From: Selaginella moellendorffii
Taxonomy: Eukaryota; Plantae; Lycopodiophyta
NCBI RefSeq assembly: GCF_000143415.4
Contig: NW_003314275.1
Coordinates: forward strand, 935,955-999,954
Length of the DNA: 64,000 nt
Direction: 5' to 3'
Shown here piece after piece: positions 1-13,994 of the stretch. Under the pieces are notes generated by a model. The model saw only the letters and a list, made by a program, of their open reading frames with translations, searched no databases and was not told where the DNA came from. The position numbers and the translations under genes are program-made. How positions within the stretch are numbered: the first letter of the stretch is position 1; every line of letters starts with the position of its first letter.

Positions 1-1444
<1,444 letters not shown>

Positions 1445-1475
1445 TCCTTGTACCTCGAGCCCGCCCTAATTTTTA

Positions 1476-3837
1476 CTAGGCTTCCCAAGCATCACTGTCG
1501 CGAACAGGGCCGCCACCTCCAAAGAATGGTCGCATGTAAGAATCATCGAAGCCTCTCCACAGACTATGCACCGCCGAGGTTGGATTGGCGAGAAGCATGC
1601 TGAGGCTGCTGCGCCGGAGAAAGATTGACGAGCCATCTTCGTTTGCTTCTTCGCAAGATTCGTCTTTCGGGGACGAAGGCTCCAAATGCCGTAAGTGGTG
1701 AGGGAGTAGTGTTGCAATCAGCGGTTTTGTGACAACTCCCACCACCTTATAGAAAACGAAGTTAGCAAGTCTTGTCAGTTCCAGGAAGAAAATTTTACGT
1801 ACCAAGGTTGTGAAGAGTACTACTCCAGTTGTGCTATAGATCATGGTTGCATAGTCCGTGTTCATGGTTCCACTTGACGTTGAGAACTGAGAAAACAAAG
1901 AAAATGGTGATGATCTTTTCTGATTAGATGATCATTTCTGATTAGATGCTTGTGTACCTGCTGGTACGCAAGGGCGATGGAGACTGCTCCCCGCATTATC
2001 CCGGACCACCAAATAATCACCTGTGAAAGACAAATCTTGGTGAAAAAACTGGCTGTGGTACTTTTAAGCAGTAGTTTTCTTTCCCTTTGCTATCTCACTA
2101 CGCTAGAATTACCTGGTGCCTAAAGCGCAGCTTCACGCTTGATGAACCACGGGCATAGTTGGAGATGGCGGACATTGGAAAGACAAATGCCGCCCTCCCG
2201 AGAGAAGTTAGCGCCAGCAGCATAGCACAACTCAGTGATGCGGCTCTGCATTCATTCCAGATTCAAGTTGTATTAGTGATCGAGTTCAGAATGAAAGTAC
2301 TCCCACTTGCCTGACATCAACAAGTTGCCATATGTTCACGTTGAAAACATTTGTCCCCACGTACAAGAACATGAAGCTTTCGGAAATGGAAGAAAAGGTA
2401 GCGAAAGCATGCCTGCTCCTCCGGAGTTTTACGTCAGTGATAACAACAGGTTACTTTACCATGGCTCTTACTTGGATGTGATTTTGGAACTGCCAGAAAC
2501 ATTGTGCCAGCCGTAGTGGGACATGAAAATGCCGCAAAAGAAAACCGAAAGTATCCCGCTCCATTGGAATAACTGAGAATAAACAAATTATCGTTGAGGA
2601 AGAAACGATTATAGGCAAACCTCAGCCAGCATATAAGACAGATACGCCATCAAAGCCATCAGTGCAATCTCTTTATCCGTGGAGTGCCTGCACTGTGTGA
2701 ACTGTGACGTAAACACACGCGCCAAAACAAGTGTAAAAACACGTACTTCCCGAAGTATAGACTCTTGAGAACATAAGCTGCGATCAGTCCAATCTAAGTT
2801 CATGAGAATTAGCTCAGGATTTAACAGAGAACTAACGACTTACCACAACTCCAAGCACGGTGCTCACTGAGAAGAGGTAGACAAATTCATAGATCATTCT
2901 CAGCGCTGCTTTTCCATCCAATCCAGCCTCTTCAAACCTCTGAACAGCTCGGAACAAAACAACAGCGGTTGCATCGTTAACCACCCCTTCCCCAAACACA
3001 AGACTGTAAAGTAGAGGAGTTTCGTCTTGGTGCAGCAACTGGCAGAGAAAGAAATCAGGAAATTATAAACAAGCACGACGAGACAAAACCTGTAAAGTTG
3101 CCACAGTGTCTGTCGCCGAGAAGATTGTCCCAAGAGCTGCAAACACCCAACAGCGATTGGAAGACAATGACATTAGTCGATCGATTTAGCCTTGCTCACC
3201 CAAGTAATCTCTCATTTGCAGATTTCCAAGTTTTAGCCGCGGAAACATGTACCTGCATCCTGCAAAATGCCAGTAGCGTGTTAAAGTTGAACAGCATCGC
3301 CATGGAAAAATCAAACCAGCTGTGACGATGGATGCCGAGATCAAGACACCGGATCCGCCAAAGAGCATGATCGTTCCAAAGTTGTGAAAGAATTGCTTCT
3401 TTTTCACTTGAAAGCTATGCCAAGAGAAAAAGAAAGATACGTGATCAAAGGGAGAGCCAGTTTACCCCGCATTGAAGATTATAGGAGGAAGAAGGTAGAT
3501 GAAAAGCAATTGCTCGTCAAAGCTCAAAAGCTCGGCATTGTTGCTGAGGATATAGATCACGAAGCCGACAGCACAACCCTGATAGAAAAAAGATCATGTA
3601 GAGAAAAAGTTTCTATCAAGAGATGGTTTCAATAAATCATACCAGGATAATCGCAATGGTCGCTTGATTCAGCCAGCGATTCTCCTCGTAGTAATGGCCG
3701 ATGACAATGCACACGCACAGCAACGATACGAAGAGCGAGATCGAGATCACGGCCGCACGCTGAGATCCTGCCGCCGAAATCTCTGCCGCTTTTGCCACCA
3801 GGAATTCATACAGCCAGCCGACATTCTCCATTCCCAT
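1476..3837 (-). CDS. NHX: Vacuolar-type Na+(K+)/H+ antiporter (NHX1-4 class), multi-exon
   Basis: Motifs FDEQLLFIYLLPPIIFNAG (amiloride-site variant), KKKQFFHNFGTIMLFG, QDETPLLYSLVFGEGVVNDAT, RHSTDKEIALMALMAYLSYMLAE and C-terminal VHSLWRGFDDSYMRPFFGG. First in-frame ATG at 3837 (the ORF-track start at 3921 is GTG). TAG at 1476-1478. Confidence 0.95.
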
Positions 3838-4184
3838 CGCCGATCCAATCCCCGAGAAATCACAAACAATCGAGAGTGCCAGCAGAGGACGATTGGATAA
3901 GAATGCTGCGTCAAGATCCACAGATCACGCTCAAGCGATCGACATCCATCCAGATTTTACCTCTCCAGAAGCCGATCGATCAAAGATTGGCTCCTTGTTG
4001 CTCCCTTGGCGCTCCAGAGGACCAAAAGAAGGACCCTATCTCCGCTAAAGCAAAACCCCTAAAGAGTTTTAGCATGCATAGCTGGCGGGAAAGTAATTAC
4101 CATCACAGCTGGCGTAAGTGACACCGTTGGAATTTGAAGGCCAAGATAAATTCTTCCAGAACAAAAGAACAAGAAATTTTTGTA

Positions 4185-4257
4185 TGAACCCGGTGTGATT
4201 CGAACACACAGCCTTCTGATCTGGAGTCAGACGCGCTAGCCATTGCGCCACGGATCC
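4185..4257 (-). tRNA. trnW: tRNA-Trp(CCA)
   Basis: Minus strand reads GGATCCGTGGCGCAATGGCTAGCGCGTCTGACTCCAGATCAGAAGGCTGTGTGTTCGAATCACACCGGGTTCA. Cloverleaf with CCA anticodon, A and B boxes, and T-runs downstream. Confidence 0.95.
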
Positions 4258-5287
4258 TTAACACAAAATACAATGTAAACATCACCATAATAAAATTTCT
4301 TAATCGGTGCTAACGCGTTTATTGGAAACTCTTCCTTCTTCGCTGTGAAAGCCACCATCTCCTCCATCTAAAGAAACGATAGCAAGTTCCAGAGATGAAG
4401 AGCTCAACAAAGAGGCGGTAGCAACCCTCAAAACACGTACCTGGATCAGTCGACTATGTTGAGCATCTGTTTGTAGTGGGGAGCAGCATAAAGATCTTCT
4501 ATGATCTTGTCGTGAAGATAAGAAAATGTCTCGTACGAGATCGCGAGCGAGTTGCCTCCTGGCTGGAAAGAGTCCCGGCAAGACGAGAAGATGAAAAAAC
4601 GTCAAGGCCAAGCCATCAACAGTGGAAAATGTGTACCTTGCGAGAAGACCATTTACTTTGGTCATTGTTGTGGTGCGTCGCAGATGTATTCCTTGTCAAG
4701 AGGTACGTTAACTCCGCTAAAGCAAAAGCATGCAGGCGGGAAAGTACTCACCACAGCTGGTACAATGGAAATTGGCGTGCAACATAGATTCCACCAGATC
4801 ATTTCTTCACGGCAAACCAAGTCGACTGATGACCATGGAAACCCACCCTGGAGTCGTGTCCTTTCACAAGCCTTCTCTTCTTCAATTTTGCGAGCTATTT
4901 CTCTGCGATTACAACAAAGATTTTAAAACCTTCTGATTGTTAAGAGAACATATTACCGTGGTCACGAACTTTCAGAACTTTGTTCAGAAGCAGACTTCGT
5001 GAAACTGCGGCCAAAAGAAAAGCATGTCAGAGACAAAGAAAAGAAACTAAGAACCTTGACCTTCCGTTGCGCTTCGTTCACGGGTACCTGCACTATAACG
5101 TTCTCGCTTTCTTCCCGGAGAGATGCTGCATTCTCATTGCGCTGTAAACAAACCTCTAGTTGCGATGGACTCATCAGTTCATGTTATTCAAGAAAGAAGT
5201 ATCGTCGGCTATGTACATAGCAGAGAGAAGCTGGTCCAGGAACAGCTTCTCACAAAAATGAGGCAGTAGCAACACTAGTTAGTAGCC

Positions 5288-8200
5288 TCAAAACAAGTAG
5301 CTGGATGAGTCGAGCCCGTTACGTACGTCTTTGGAGAGCATCGAGCGTGCTTCCATCACAGATCGAGGAGGCTCCAAGTCTTTTTCATGAAGAGAATTCC
5401 CTTGCAACCGCTGCATCTGCGATGCAAAGATGTCGTCCAAAACCTTCGCAAAGCAGTAAAAGAAATTAAATGACATGAGCTCACACGACTTCGAAAGTTT
5501 TTAAAACATACCCCAAGAGCAAAGCACGAGGATTTGTACCACGACCTGTTCTCCTTTCGGTTCTCCAGAAAATGAAGCACGTCCTGAAAAGAAGAGCGCG
5601 TCAAAAACACAAGCGAAAAAAACGAGCTGAATACCTTCGCCATCCGATCCCAGTAACCTCGAGAAACGGCAACGAAGACTCGTGTAGTAAACACTTCGTG
5701 AAGATGTGAGATTGTTTCAAGAAGCTGAGTGTTGAGATGTTGCATGCGTTCTCGCATATCGGATTCTCCAGCGGCTTCTCTTGTATCTTCCAAGATCCTT
5801 TTCAGCTTGGTGCTCGGATGAAGCCGCGCCTGCAGCAGGAAGATGTAAACAATGAAAGTAACGAAAACATCTTACGTTATCTGCTAGCTTTTCCACAATT
5901 GCTTGGAGTAGACTCCTGTACTTCGTTCGCAATGCGACCGTCACTTCGTTCAGCCGCTCCCCGAAGACCATCTTTCCATGAGAAGCACCGTCAACAGGGA
6001 GGCATGCAACCCATGCTTTCAATTGCGTCTCTAGCTTTGGACGCAATGTGTCCAACAACCGCTTTATTGTGTTGAGAACAACTCCGAGCTGTTAAATTTA
6101 TGATAGTCATTAGGATCGAGCCAGCGAATACGCCACTGAAATCTAGAATACTTACCTGGTTAGGCACACTATATAGTGTCAGAGACCTCCGCCTTGCTAG
6201 CTTCTGCATGTATTGCAAAGTGAACTTCTTTGGTACCATCACTTCTTTCAACGGCACAAGAACATCCGCGTAGTGCTTCTCCAATGCAGTTAAGACGGCC
6301 CTTTCGACGTCAGCCACCGCCTACATGAAAGAAAAACATTGAGAATAGATTTAAAACATAACAGTCGGGTCACCCATACATTCTCTAGAACAAATGTGTA
6401 CTCTGGCCAGCGGCTGATAATCACGTCATACTCACTTAGTGTTTCTTTCATTCTTTCATAAACCTCCTCAACGAAAGGCGCAGTACCGTGTTGAGTTGTT
6501 ACACCAGCTAGGCGCACCTGCAGGAATTTGTCAGATACGCCGCTAGTATGAAAAAGCGCTTAACTTTATCGAATTTGCAGACTTCCAATAATTGAAGTCT
6601 TTTTTCTTGAATCCACAGAACAATGTAGAGGTGAAACAGGTCTTTTGCATCCACACCTCCCTTGACAGACCTGCAATATTCCTTACATACACTTGTCAGA
6701 AATCCTGCTCGTAAACATTTCTTACTTTACACCCCATGACGACAAGTCACGCTGGAAGTTAGCCGTCGCGATAAGTAGATCTGCAACAGGTGGCGATGGG
6801 CTCGAAGGGGGACAGGCGACCAGAAACGCTCGGAGCCGATTGCAAACCTCCACATTGTAGATGCTCGCCGTTATGTTCGGCAAGTCAATTGAGCTGCAAA
6901 CAATAGCTTGAGGCTGCTACAACGAAAGTTCAGAGTCGAGTACCTTGGAAGTACATGTTGGTTGTGGATTTCCATGTCCGTGGCAATCTCTGCGCTAACA
7001 CAAGAGCACAGATTTTTCATTTTAAGGTATGCGGTGGCAAGTGACAGGGGATCCGCCAAAAACCCGTCATTTGTAGTCGCAACAAATTCATCAGTTTCCG
7101 CCATGAGTCGCTTGCATCTTTTCCTCGCAGCAGTCTGATCAGAAACCACGTAAGAGAAAGAAAATCATCTCTAGTTCTTGCCTGGAAGTAATTACGAAGC
7201 GTCGCTTGCGCTTCTGTCGAGAGTATGTCGTTCAGCAAGGTAAAAACTTGCACTGCCGGTGAGAGACTGGGTGCAGCTACACCAGACGGCGGCTGGAAAA
7301 AATCTAGAAAACCAGAAGGTGATGACTCGTCGAGAGACTTGTAGTTCTCAAAAACAAAAGCCAGAAGTTGGGAAAGTTGTTCTTCAACATCTGCAAAAAT
7401 CCGTTTCTAGCGAGCAATAATCGTAAGTACTCAGTTCTTTTGTACAACGCGATCTTACCTCCTGTCGATTAAGCTCACTCTCATCCCTCGCAGTGATAAT
7501 AGGAATCAACAGCTCATAAATCAATGATAGGCAATCTTCGGTAGGCGTGGCCACGTCCATGACACATGCAAGGTACCTGAAGGACTCCATTCAGGCGTCT
7601 CAGTTTGAAATCGAAAGCGTACCTCAGTTTCGTGTAAATGTCTGAAACACCGTAATACACAGCAAACTCGCACAGAAGCCATTGCCAGGACCCATACAAT
7701 CGTAGCCTTCGCCGTCCAAATTGGTGCACTTTCATAGCAACCTCCAAAACAATGTCGTAAGCGACAGTCTCCCCTACGGCACCCCACTGAAAAAGATAAA
7801 CGCACATAAGAACGCTACAGAAAAACAGCAAGATTTAGTCACCTTTCCCGGGCCTAGTTCCGACGATGTAGTAACATAGCTGATAAACAGCTGCAGTTTT
7901 CCAACGCATTCATGATCGGGCTCGTTATAGATTGGCCACCACCGCACACGTTCGCTCTGAAACATTCACGGGTTACTTGTGTTTGAAACATAAAAAAGGA
8001 ATACAATACCATCTCATCCGTAGCTGAGAGCTGAGCAGTAGCACGACCAAGTAAGGATCCTTTGCAGTCAGAAACTTCGACTAGCAACTCATCCGCTGTA
8101 ACTTCCGGGTGGCTGTTAGAAAAAGAAAGAACTCAAATCAGTCTCTTTCTTTTCTCCAATTCGAAATAAATAAATCCACTTACAAGATGGACACTTCTCC

Positions 8201-9512
8201 ACCACCAGGTTGCACGCGGACAGCCTCACTTTCGGGAGAGCTTCTCAGCTTCAGCACGCAGAAATACGAATCTGCGAGCAAATGTGGTTCGTTGGGAAAA
8301 GACGCATGAAAAACTTCACCTTGTGACTCTAGGAGCGACGCACTGCGCAAGGTGTTTACTCCAGCTTTCAACAGCCCGGAAACCTGTCTCATATACTGTG
8401 CTCCAGTATTCAAGTAGCCGCTGTTTTGCACGTTTGACGGCCCTTGCATGCTGTTTGCTCGCAACGGTTGACGAGGAATGACGCGAATCTTCCTCACTGC
8501 CCCCCAGCCCGACCAAAGTTTGTTAGAAGAGCGTCTACCCACAGAATAAACGTTGGAAAAGGTTTCGGCGAGAGATGGAAACTGGCATCCGGAACGCATC
8601 CTCATAATCAACTTCACTTTACGAACTGCTCCCAACCCAGCACAGAATTGTGCAGATTAGAATGCTAGCTCACACCTCATTCCTCCCCATCCTCCACCCT
8701 TGGAAATGACAAAAAGGAAATGAAATCACGTACCTTGCACTTTGACTTTCCCAACAGTCGCTTTTGCTTTCGATCCCGATCGAGCGTCCACATCATATTG
8801 CGACTCCTTGGCCGACGATTCCCCGTACGGCTGTAGAAGAAGTTGTTGCAATCTGAGAAAACCATGAAAAGCATGAAACCAAAGAAGAAAAAGGAAAAGC
8901 ATATTACCCGAAACTTGTCCGGAGTAGAATGCACTCGTCACGCAAAAACTCGGGAGCCTCGGCGCAGCCTCGAGACCAGGCATGAAGACACAGGCGAATG
9001 CAAGCCTCGTAGGCGATGATCGCTTGCCATGCAGCGTGGCCACTGTCAAGGGTTGATATCTTTGTGCTCTCAAAGTCGGAAGAAGCTGCTGTTGGTGCTG
9101 TTGTAGTCGCTGTTGCCGCTGCTGCTGTTTCTCCTCCATCGTAATTCACTCCTCCATCGAAGTTTACTGCTCCTCCATCGAAATTTACTGCTTCTCCGTC
9201 GAAATTCACTGCTTCTCCATCGAAATGTATTGCTCCTCCATCAAAGTTTACTTCCGTGGACGCAGACTCTTCTTCTTGGTCTTCTTCTTCTACCTGGTCA
9301 AGTGCCGAGATCTTTGCATTCTCAAACTCGGAAGAAGCAGTGGATGTAGTGGCTGCTGCTGCCGCAGTAGCCTCGCCGTCGAAGGTTACATCCGTGGACA
9401 CATACTCGTCTTCTTCTTCCTCTACCTCGAATGCCGAATCCAGATCCTCCCTGAAGCTCTCCACCTGGCGAACCCACTGGAGAGCGCTGTGATCTAGCCC
9501 TTCCGTGAACAT
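5288..9512 (-). CDS. Plant-specific uncharacterised protein of the At4g24610/At5g48310 family, many exons
   Basis: N-terminus MFTEGLDHSALQWVRQ. Conserved blocks WQAIIAYEACIRLCLHAWSRGCAEAPEFLRDECILLR, VRWWPIYNEPDHECVGKLQL, VGETVAYDIVLEVAM, LHFLENRKENRSWYK and DLEPPRSVMEARSML. Canonical short introns. Confidence 0.85.
9131..9253. repeat. Coding minisatellite, ~6 copies of an 18-21 bp unit (GGAVNFD-like heptapeptide)
   Basis: ctcctccatcgaa(a/g)tt(t/c)actg-like units; translation NFDGGAIHFDGEAVNFDGEAVNFDGGAVNFDGGVNYDGG. Confidence 0.9.
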
Positions 9513-9642
9513 CCCTAGCTAGCTACGATTTACCGCTTGGCGCGCCGCGGTGCCGTCCCTCTCTCCTCTCCCCGAGCGAGGGCTTCCGGCGTGACCTAAA
9601 AATGAGGAGCCGACAAAGCAGCTCAAGCATTTCAAATGCCCC

Positions 9643-9656
9643 ATGCCACGTGGCAT
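9643..9656. promoter_or_regulatory. Palindromic G-box (ATGCCACGTGGCAT) ~130 bp upstream of the At4g24610-like ATG
   Basis: Perfect 14-bp palindrome with CACGTG core. Function is inferred from position only. Confidence 0.45.
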
Positions 9657-9744
9657 AGTTACCGTTGGCTACAGTTTCTAGATTTATTTTAAACAAAAAG
9701 GGTATTCACCACAAACCCTAATCCATATCTATGGGTGTTCTTGT

Positions 9745-9868
9745 GCCATTCAACTCTAGAAACAATCTAAATCATGTTTTGATCAACAATCGAAGGTAAC
9801 TATTCAGGCTGCCATTCAAACTCTAGAAACAATCTAAATCATGTTTATCGGAGGTAACTATTCAGGCT
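9745..9868. repeat. Two-copy tandem duplication (~60-67 bp)
   Basis: gccattcaa(a)ctctagaaacaatctaaatcatgttt...ggtaactattcaggct occurs twice. Confidence 0.85.
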
Positions 9869-10069
9869 AAGCAAGCGGCTTTGTAGGGTCAGAAGGAGGC
9901 GAACATACTGAGGGAAGAGTTGAAAGTAAGAAAGGCATGGTTGAATCTCCGTTGTGAGGCGGCAGCTCTCCGGAAGAAGAAGGTGGCTCGAGCTCAAAAG
10001 AAAGCTTGACGAATTGTCCAAGTTCCTGGAAATGAGTAAGTTGAGCTCACATCTCTTCAGTATTGCAGT

Positions 10070-12625
10070 TCGGATCGACCCTTGGAACGACATCGTCCAA
10101 CAATTCCAGCGATCTCCAGCGGTGGGCCTGGGCGAGAATGCGATGAGCACAGATCTGGGAGGGGGAAGGCGCATCCACGAGGAAAATCGTCTCCAGCGGC
10201 CTCGAGGTTCCTTGCTAATCTGGTCATAGAGATGTATGGAAAGTGCGGGCGCTGGAAATCTGGTTCTTTCTCGTGGAAGATTGCGATCGCGGCATTTGCC
10301 CTTGCTACTCTTTTTCGAGCATCCAGTTATTTCTCTTGGCAGCTATCAATGCCGATCCGGCGGAGATCCACGCGCTAGTCGTCGCTGTGGCCTGGCCTAG
10401 CCTGGATCACCTGTGCCAAGAGCACATTCGAGCCTCATTCGGGGACATTCCTTCGAGTGTATTCGACAGGGATTGAGAAGAATGGTTGGAGCTGCACTAG
10501 CATCGGGCTTTTCCCCACTCTTTCATTCTCCAGCGCTGATATTTGGCTCGACACTGGCCTCGTCTAGCTTCCCAGATCTCCCCAGGAGATCCACCAAGCA
10601 TCTTAAGTGTTCCATGATCGTGGACATGCTGTAGTCTTGGGCTATGGACGACAAGTAGCTCTTGGCTTTTCCCATCATCCCGAGATGACTGCAGGCAGAA
10701 GAACTCGCTCTGATCGCAGTAGCTTGCAAGATGCAAAGGAGGGAGAGCAAGAACAAGCGCACCAAGCGTTGCAAAATTTTTGATTGGGTCTCTGGCTGTG
10801 GATTCGAACCTGTGACCTTGCCAATATATTTCTTTATTCCAGCAAGATATCCGGCCATCAGGTTCCCGTCCAAATCGGACACTAATTTCTTCTTAATATA
10901 AACAGCCTTATAAAACATTCCCACGGGCTTAGAAATGAGCGAGAGCTTGCGCCGTTATGGTGAAGGTATGATATCCTTTCTGCGGTTGTCAGGCTCAAGA
11001 AAGAAACCATTATGGAATGAAGATTTCACCACTGAATCCCTGGGATAACCTACTTTTTCTTCTTCTGAGAAACAAGGTTTGCTGCAACAGAAATCAATAT
11101 CAACATCCAACGATTGAATGTCCGAAGATGGCTTGTTTGAGCATTGAAGATTAAATTGATCCAGGCACGCTCTTGATTAGCAGCAAAGTTAAGAGTCCAA
11201 GGCTGGAGGTACTTCTCTGTTCTCTGTTTCAAATCCTGGGGAGCTTGAGATTTCATCAAGGGACTTCCTTGTCGTGTTCTATCCAAGTTTGATGCTTGTT
11301 CCTAGCAGCAACAAGACCAAAGATTTGAAACAATCCATGAAATTTCAAGTCACACCCTGTGTGAAGAAGAGGGGGCAATGCATGGAAAGTACTTGGTTGT
11401 CCTTCACAAGAGTATCTAGAGCAAAAAAGCGAAAGATGAACTGTGGGAAAGCAATGCTTTCACGTATATCCCTTGTGCCCTGCTGATCAATCCAAAAGCC
11501 ACAACACTGGTGGTAGTGCAGCAGCTCCTCCTTTTGCTCTCTCCCCTACGCTCCTCGACGATGTCTTCGCTGCGACCACGAAGCTGTGAACTTCGCTACC
11601 AACTCGAACGATGTTACTAATCCCTGGAACTTTTCTCACTCGCCTCGACCTCATCAGGTTCCAGATCATCGAGCGAGACCTTGTCCCACCTCCCAATGTG
11701 TAATCGACAGAGTACATGTTTGAGAGACCAGTATTGTAGCACGGCTCCAGCACTCTCAAAGATCTTTGCTGCGACTCTCTCAACACAATCAGCCATGGAG
11801 GAGGCAAGCTCCCATCCAGATCACGACATCTGGAAGGAATGGCATCGAGTTTGACGAGCTCCTCCGGACTCAAAGTTCTCCTGGATCAACCCAGGACGTC
11901 GATCATGCAGAAATATCCCTCTCCTCGCCACCATCCCAAAGTATTGGCTGATCAAGACCAAGTGTTCCCAGCTCGGCATGGCTGCACGAAGTTAAAACGC
12001 TCTGGAACATCAACTCGTCCGGCTTGACACCCTCAAGATTCATAAGCTGGAAGACTTCCACTGCTCGATCATAGTGCCCGTTTTGAGCGTTGGTCGTCCA
12101 GGAAACCAAGGTGCGCATCTTCATGCTCTCAAACATGCTCCTGGCGGCGCTCAAGTTGAGACTTGCATGAGAGCTATCCAGCAGACAATGAATGGTCTTG
12201 CGCAGGATCTCGTGAACGGCCTTGTCAAAATGCCCATTCTCGCAAATGCGAGGATCCACGGTACTGGATTCTTCTCCGGGATTTAACTGAAGCTGTTCTT
12301 CGTGAGGGCGACGAGGCCTTGGTGGCTGACATCATCGCCGTCCATGCACCACGTCTTCATCCGGCATGAAATCAAAGATTTCTTTGGAGGTGGCCAAATC
12401 CCCCTCTGGTATTCACTGCTGGAAGGGAAACCCATGGAACGTCCTGTCATTCTGGGCAGTAGATTCGTCCAGGACACGAGATCCTTGGCTGGCGTTTTTG
12501 CCCAAGGTCGATTTCGCTGCCACAATTTGCCCCTGGTGCGAGAGCGCCATTATCGAGTTCCATGGCGCTCTGAGACGCAATCAAACATACTCTCACTCTC
12601 GGATGCAGGATGCTGCCACAATAAG
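10070..12625. pseudogene. Mosaic of decayed PLS-class PPR gene fragments on both strands (copy A of a segmental duplication)
   Basis: Plus strand: LANLVIEMYGKCG. Minus strand: SACSHLGMMGKAKSY...EHLRCLVDLLGRSGKLDEA, ARSMFESMKMRTLVSWT...QNGH...EGVKPD and VRKVPGISNIVRVGSEVHSFVV. Multiple frameshifts and deletions. Confidence 0.85.
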
Positions 12626-13472
12626 CTATTTTTGGCCACCTGGATCCAGTATCCAACTTCTCATACCTACCCCCATAGTCTGAATATGGAGAAGTTTAAG
12701 GTGCTGGAGGAGCTGCTCTGTAACGGGATCCGGGACGATGCCATCCCATAATAGCAAACAGGGGATCATTTTACAAACGTGGGTTTGTAGCTTTTCCCTC
12801 CCATGCTTACTTTTGGACGTGTTGTTTGGGTGGTGGGATGGTTTCTCCATCTCCCGACCAGCTCAAGCATGTTTGTGCAGTTGCTCGCCAGAGTGAGTTC
12901 CCAACAAATCCAGTAACGAGGCAAACCAGGAAAAACTTTAACTCCACGTACCATTTGATGTTGGTTTAGAACCTGGGTTTGTAAAATATTCACTACGTAT
13001 GGGACAGTGTCATCCTGGATCCTGTTAGACAGGAGCTCCTCCAGCGCCTTAAACTTCTCCATATTCAGACTATAGGGTAAGCATAGGGTAGTTGGTGCAC
13101 TCAAAGAATGGATCCGGGCAGCCAAAAATAGCCCCAGGGCCAATGTTGCTTGGTCAGCTTGGGACTCTCTTTGACAATCAGTATCATCTTCTCTGTCACC
13201 CCTTAATGGATTCATTGGGAAGTTGCTCCGGCGAGCAACTGCACAAACATGCTTGAGCTGGTCGGGAGATGAGAAAGCAATACACATGGTAGAACACCAC
13301 CCCAAAAGTAAGCACAGAAGGGAAAAGCTACAAACCCAGGTTTGTAAAATTCCTATTCGGTACATATAGACAGCACCCTCCAGCACCTTAAACTTCTCCA
13401 TATTCAGACTATAGGTGTGCATAGGGTAGTTGGTGCGCTCAAATACTGGTTCAGGCAGCCAAAAATAGCCTC
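12625..13472. mobile_element. Foldback / long inverted-repeat element (~850 bp)
   Basis: 12625-12912 is the reverse complement of ~13208-13472 (e.g. ccgaccagctcaagcatgtttgtgcagttgctcgcc / ggcgagcaactgcacaaacatgcttgagctggtcgg). A third partial inverted arm lies at ~12970-13135. Confidence 0.75.
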
Positions 13473-13994
13473 AGGGCCATATTTGGCGCGGGGGGATAAG
13501 GGCGGCGTGCCGGAGGTACTCCGACGATCAAGCCCTGCACGGTGCTTTATCCATATGTCCCGGATGCAATGGTGGATGCATGGGGCCGGAGCGATTGGAA
13601 AAAAACGGACATGCGGTGAGTGGAGCTAGGTGGGAACAAACAAGGGGTCAAGAAAGAAACATTTGTAAGAGAAGGCGTGGGAATGGAGCGCCCCATGCAC
13701 ACAGACTAGCGGCTTGTAAAAACAAGGCAGTGGCGAGCTCTGGTCAGGGCTCGACAGAGTGGTGGGTGTGCAGCATCTGTCACCAACACTCGGACAAAAG
13801 AAAGCCGTGGCTTGTCACACTGTCGAGAGCATATGCAAACGGTATAGCGTGCTTACACACCGGGCTCACACAGCGCATGTCAATGGTAGACATGACCATC
13901 GATGTCCACAGAAAGTTCAATGCAATTGCAAAGGGTGGCATCTCAAGTCCGATGCTTTTAGAGAACCCCATTGTCGATTGGAGAGGTACACACG

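Noticed and set aside
4040-4184. Dicistronic tRNA-snoRNA downstream of tRNA-Trp
   Set aside because: No proper C box (TGATGA) / D box (CTGA) pair, and T-runs follow the tRNA closely.
5288-9512. Database-style label 'pesticidal crystal Cry8Ba protein' often attached to this family
   Set aside because: No Cry toxin motifs are visible; treated as an uninformative propagated annotation, not evidence of HGT.
10795-10820. GGTTCGAATCC (also at 29298-29308) as a tRNA gene
   Set aside because: Only a B-box/T-loop-like 11-mer, with no cloverleaf or A box around it.
13500-13990. Possible LINE 3' zinc-finger remnant (CVSPVC...H)
   Set aside because: Motif too weak and no RT domain nearby.
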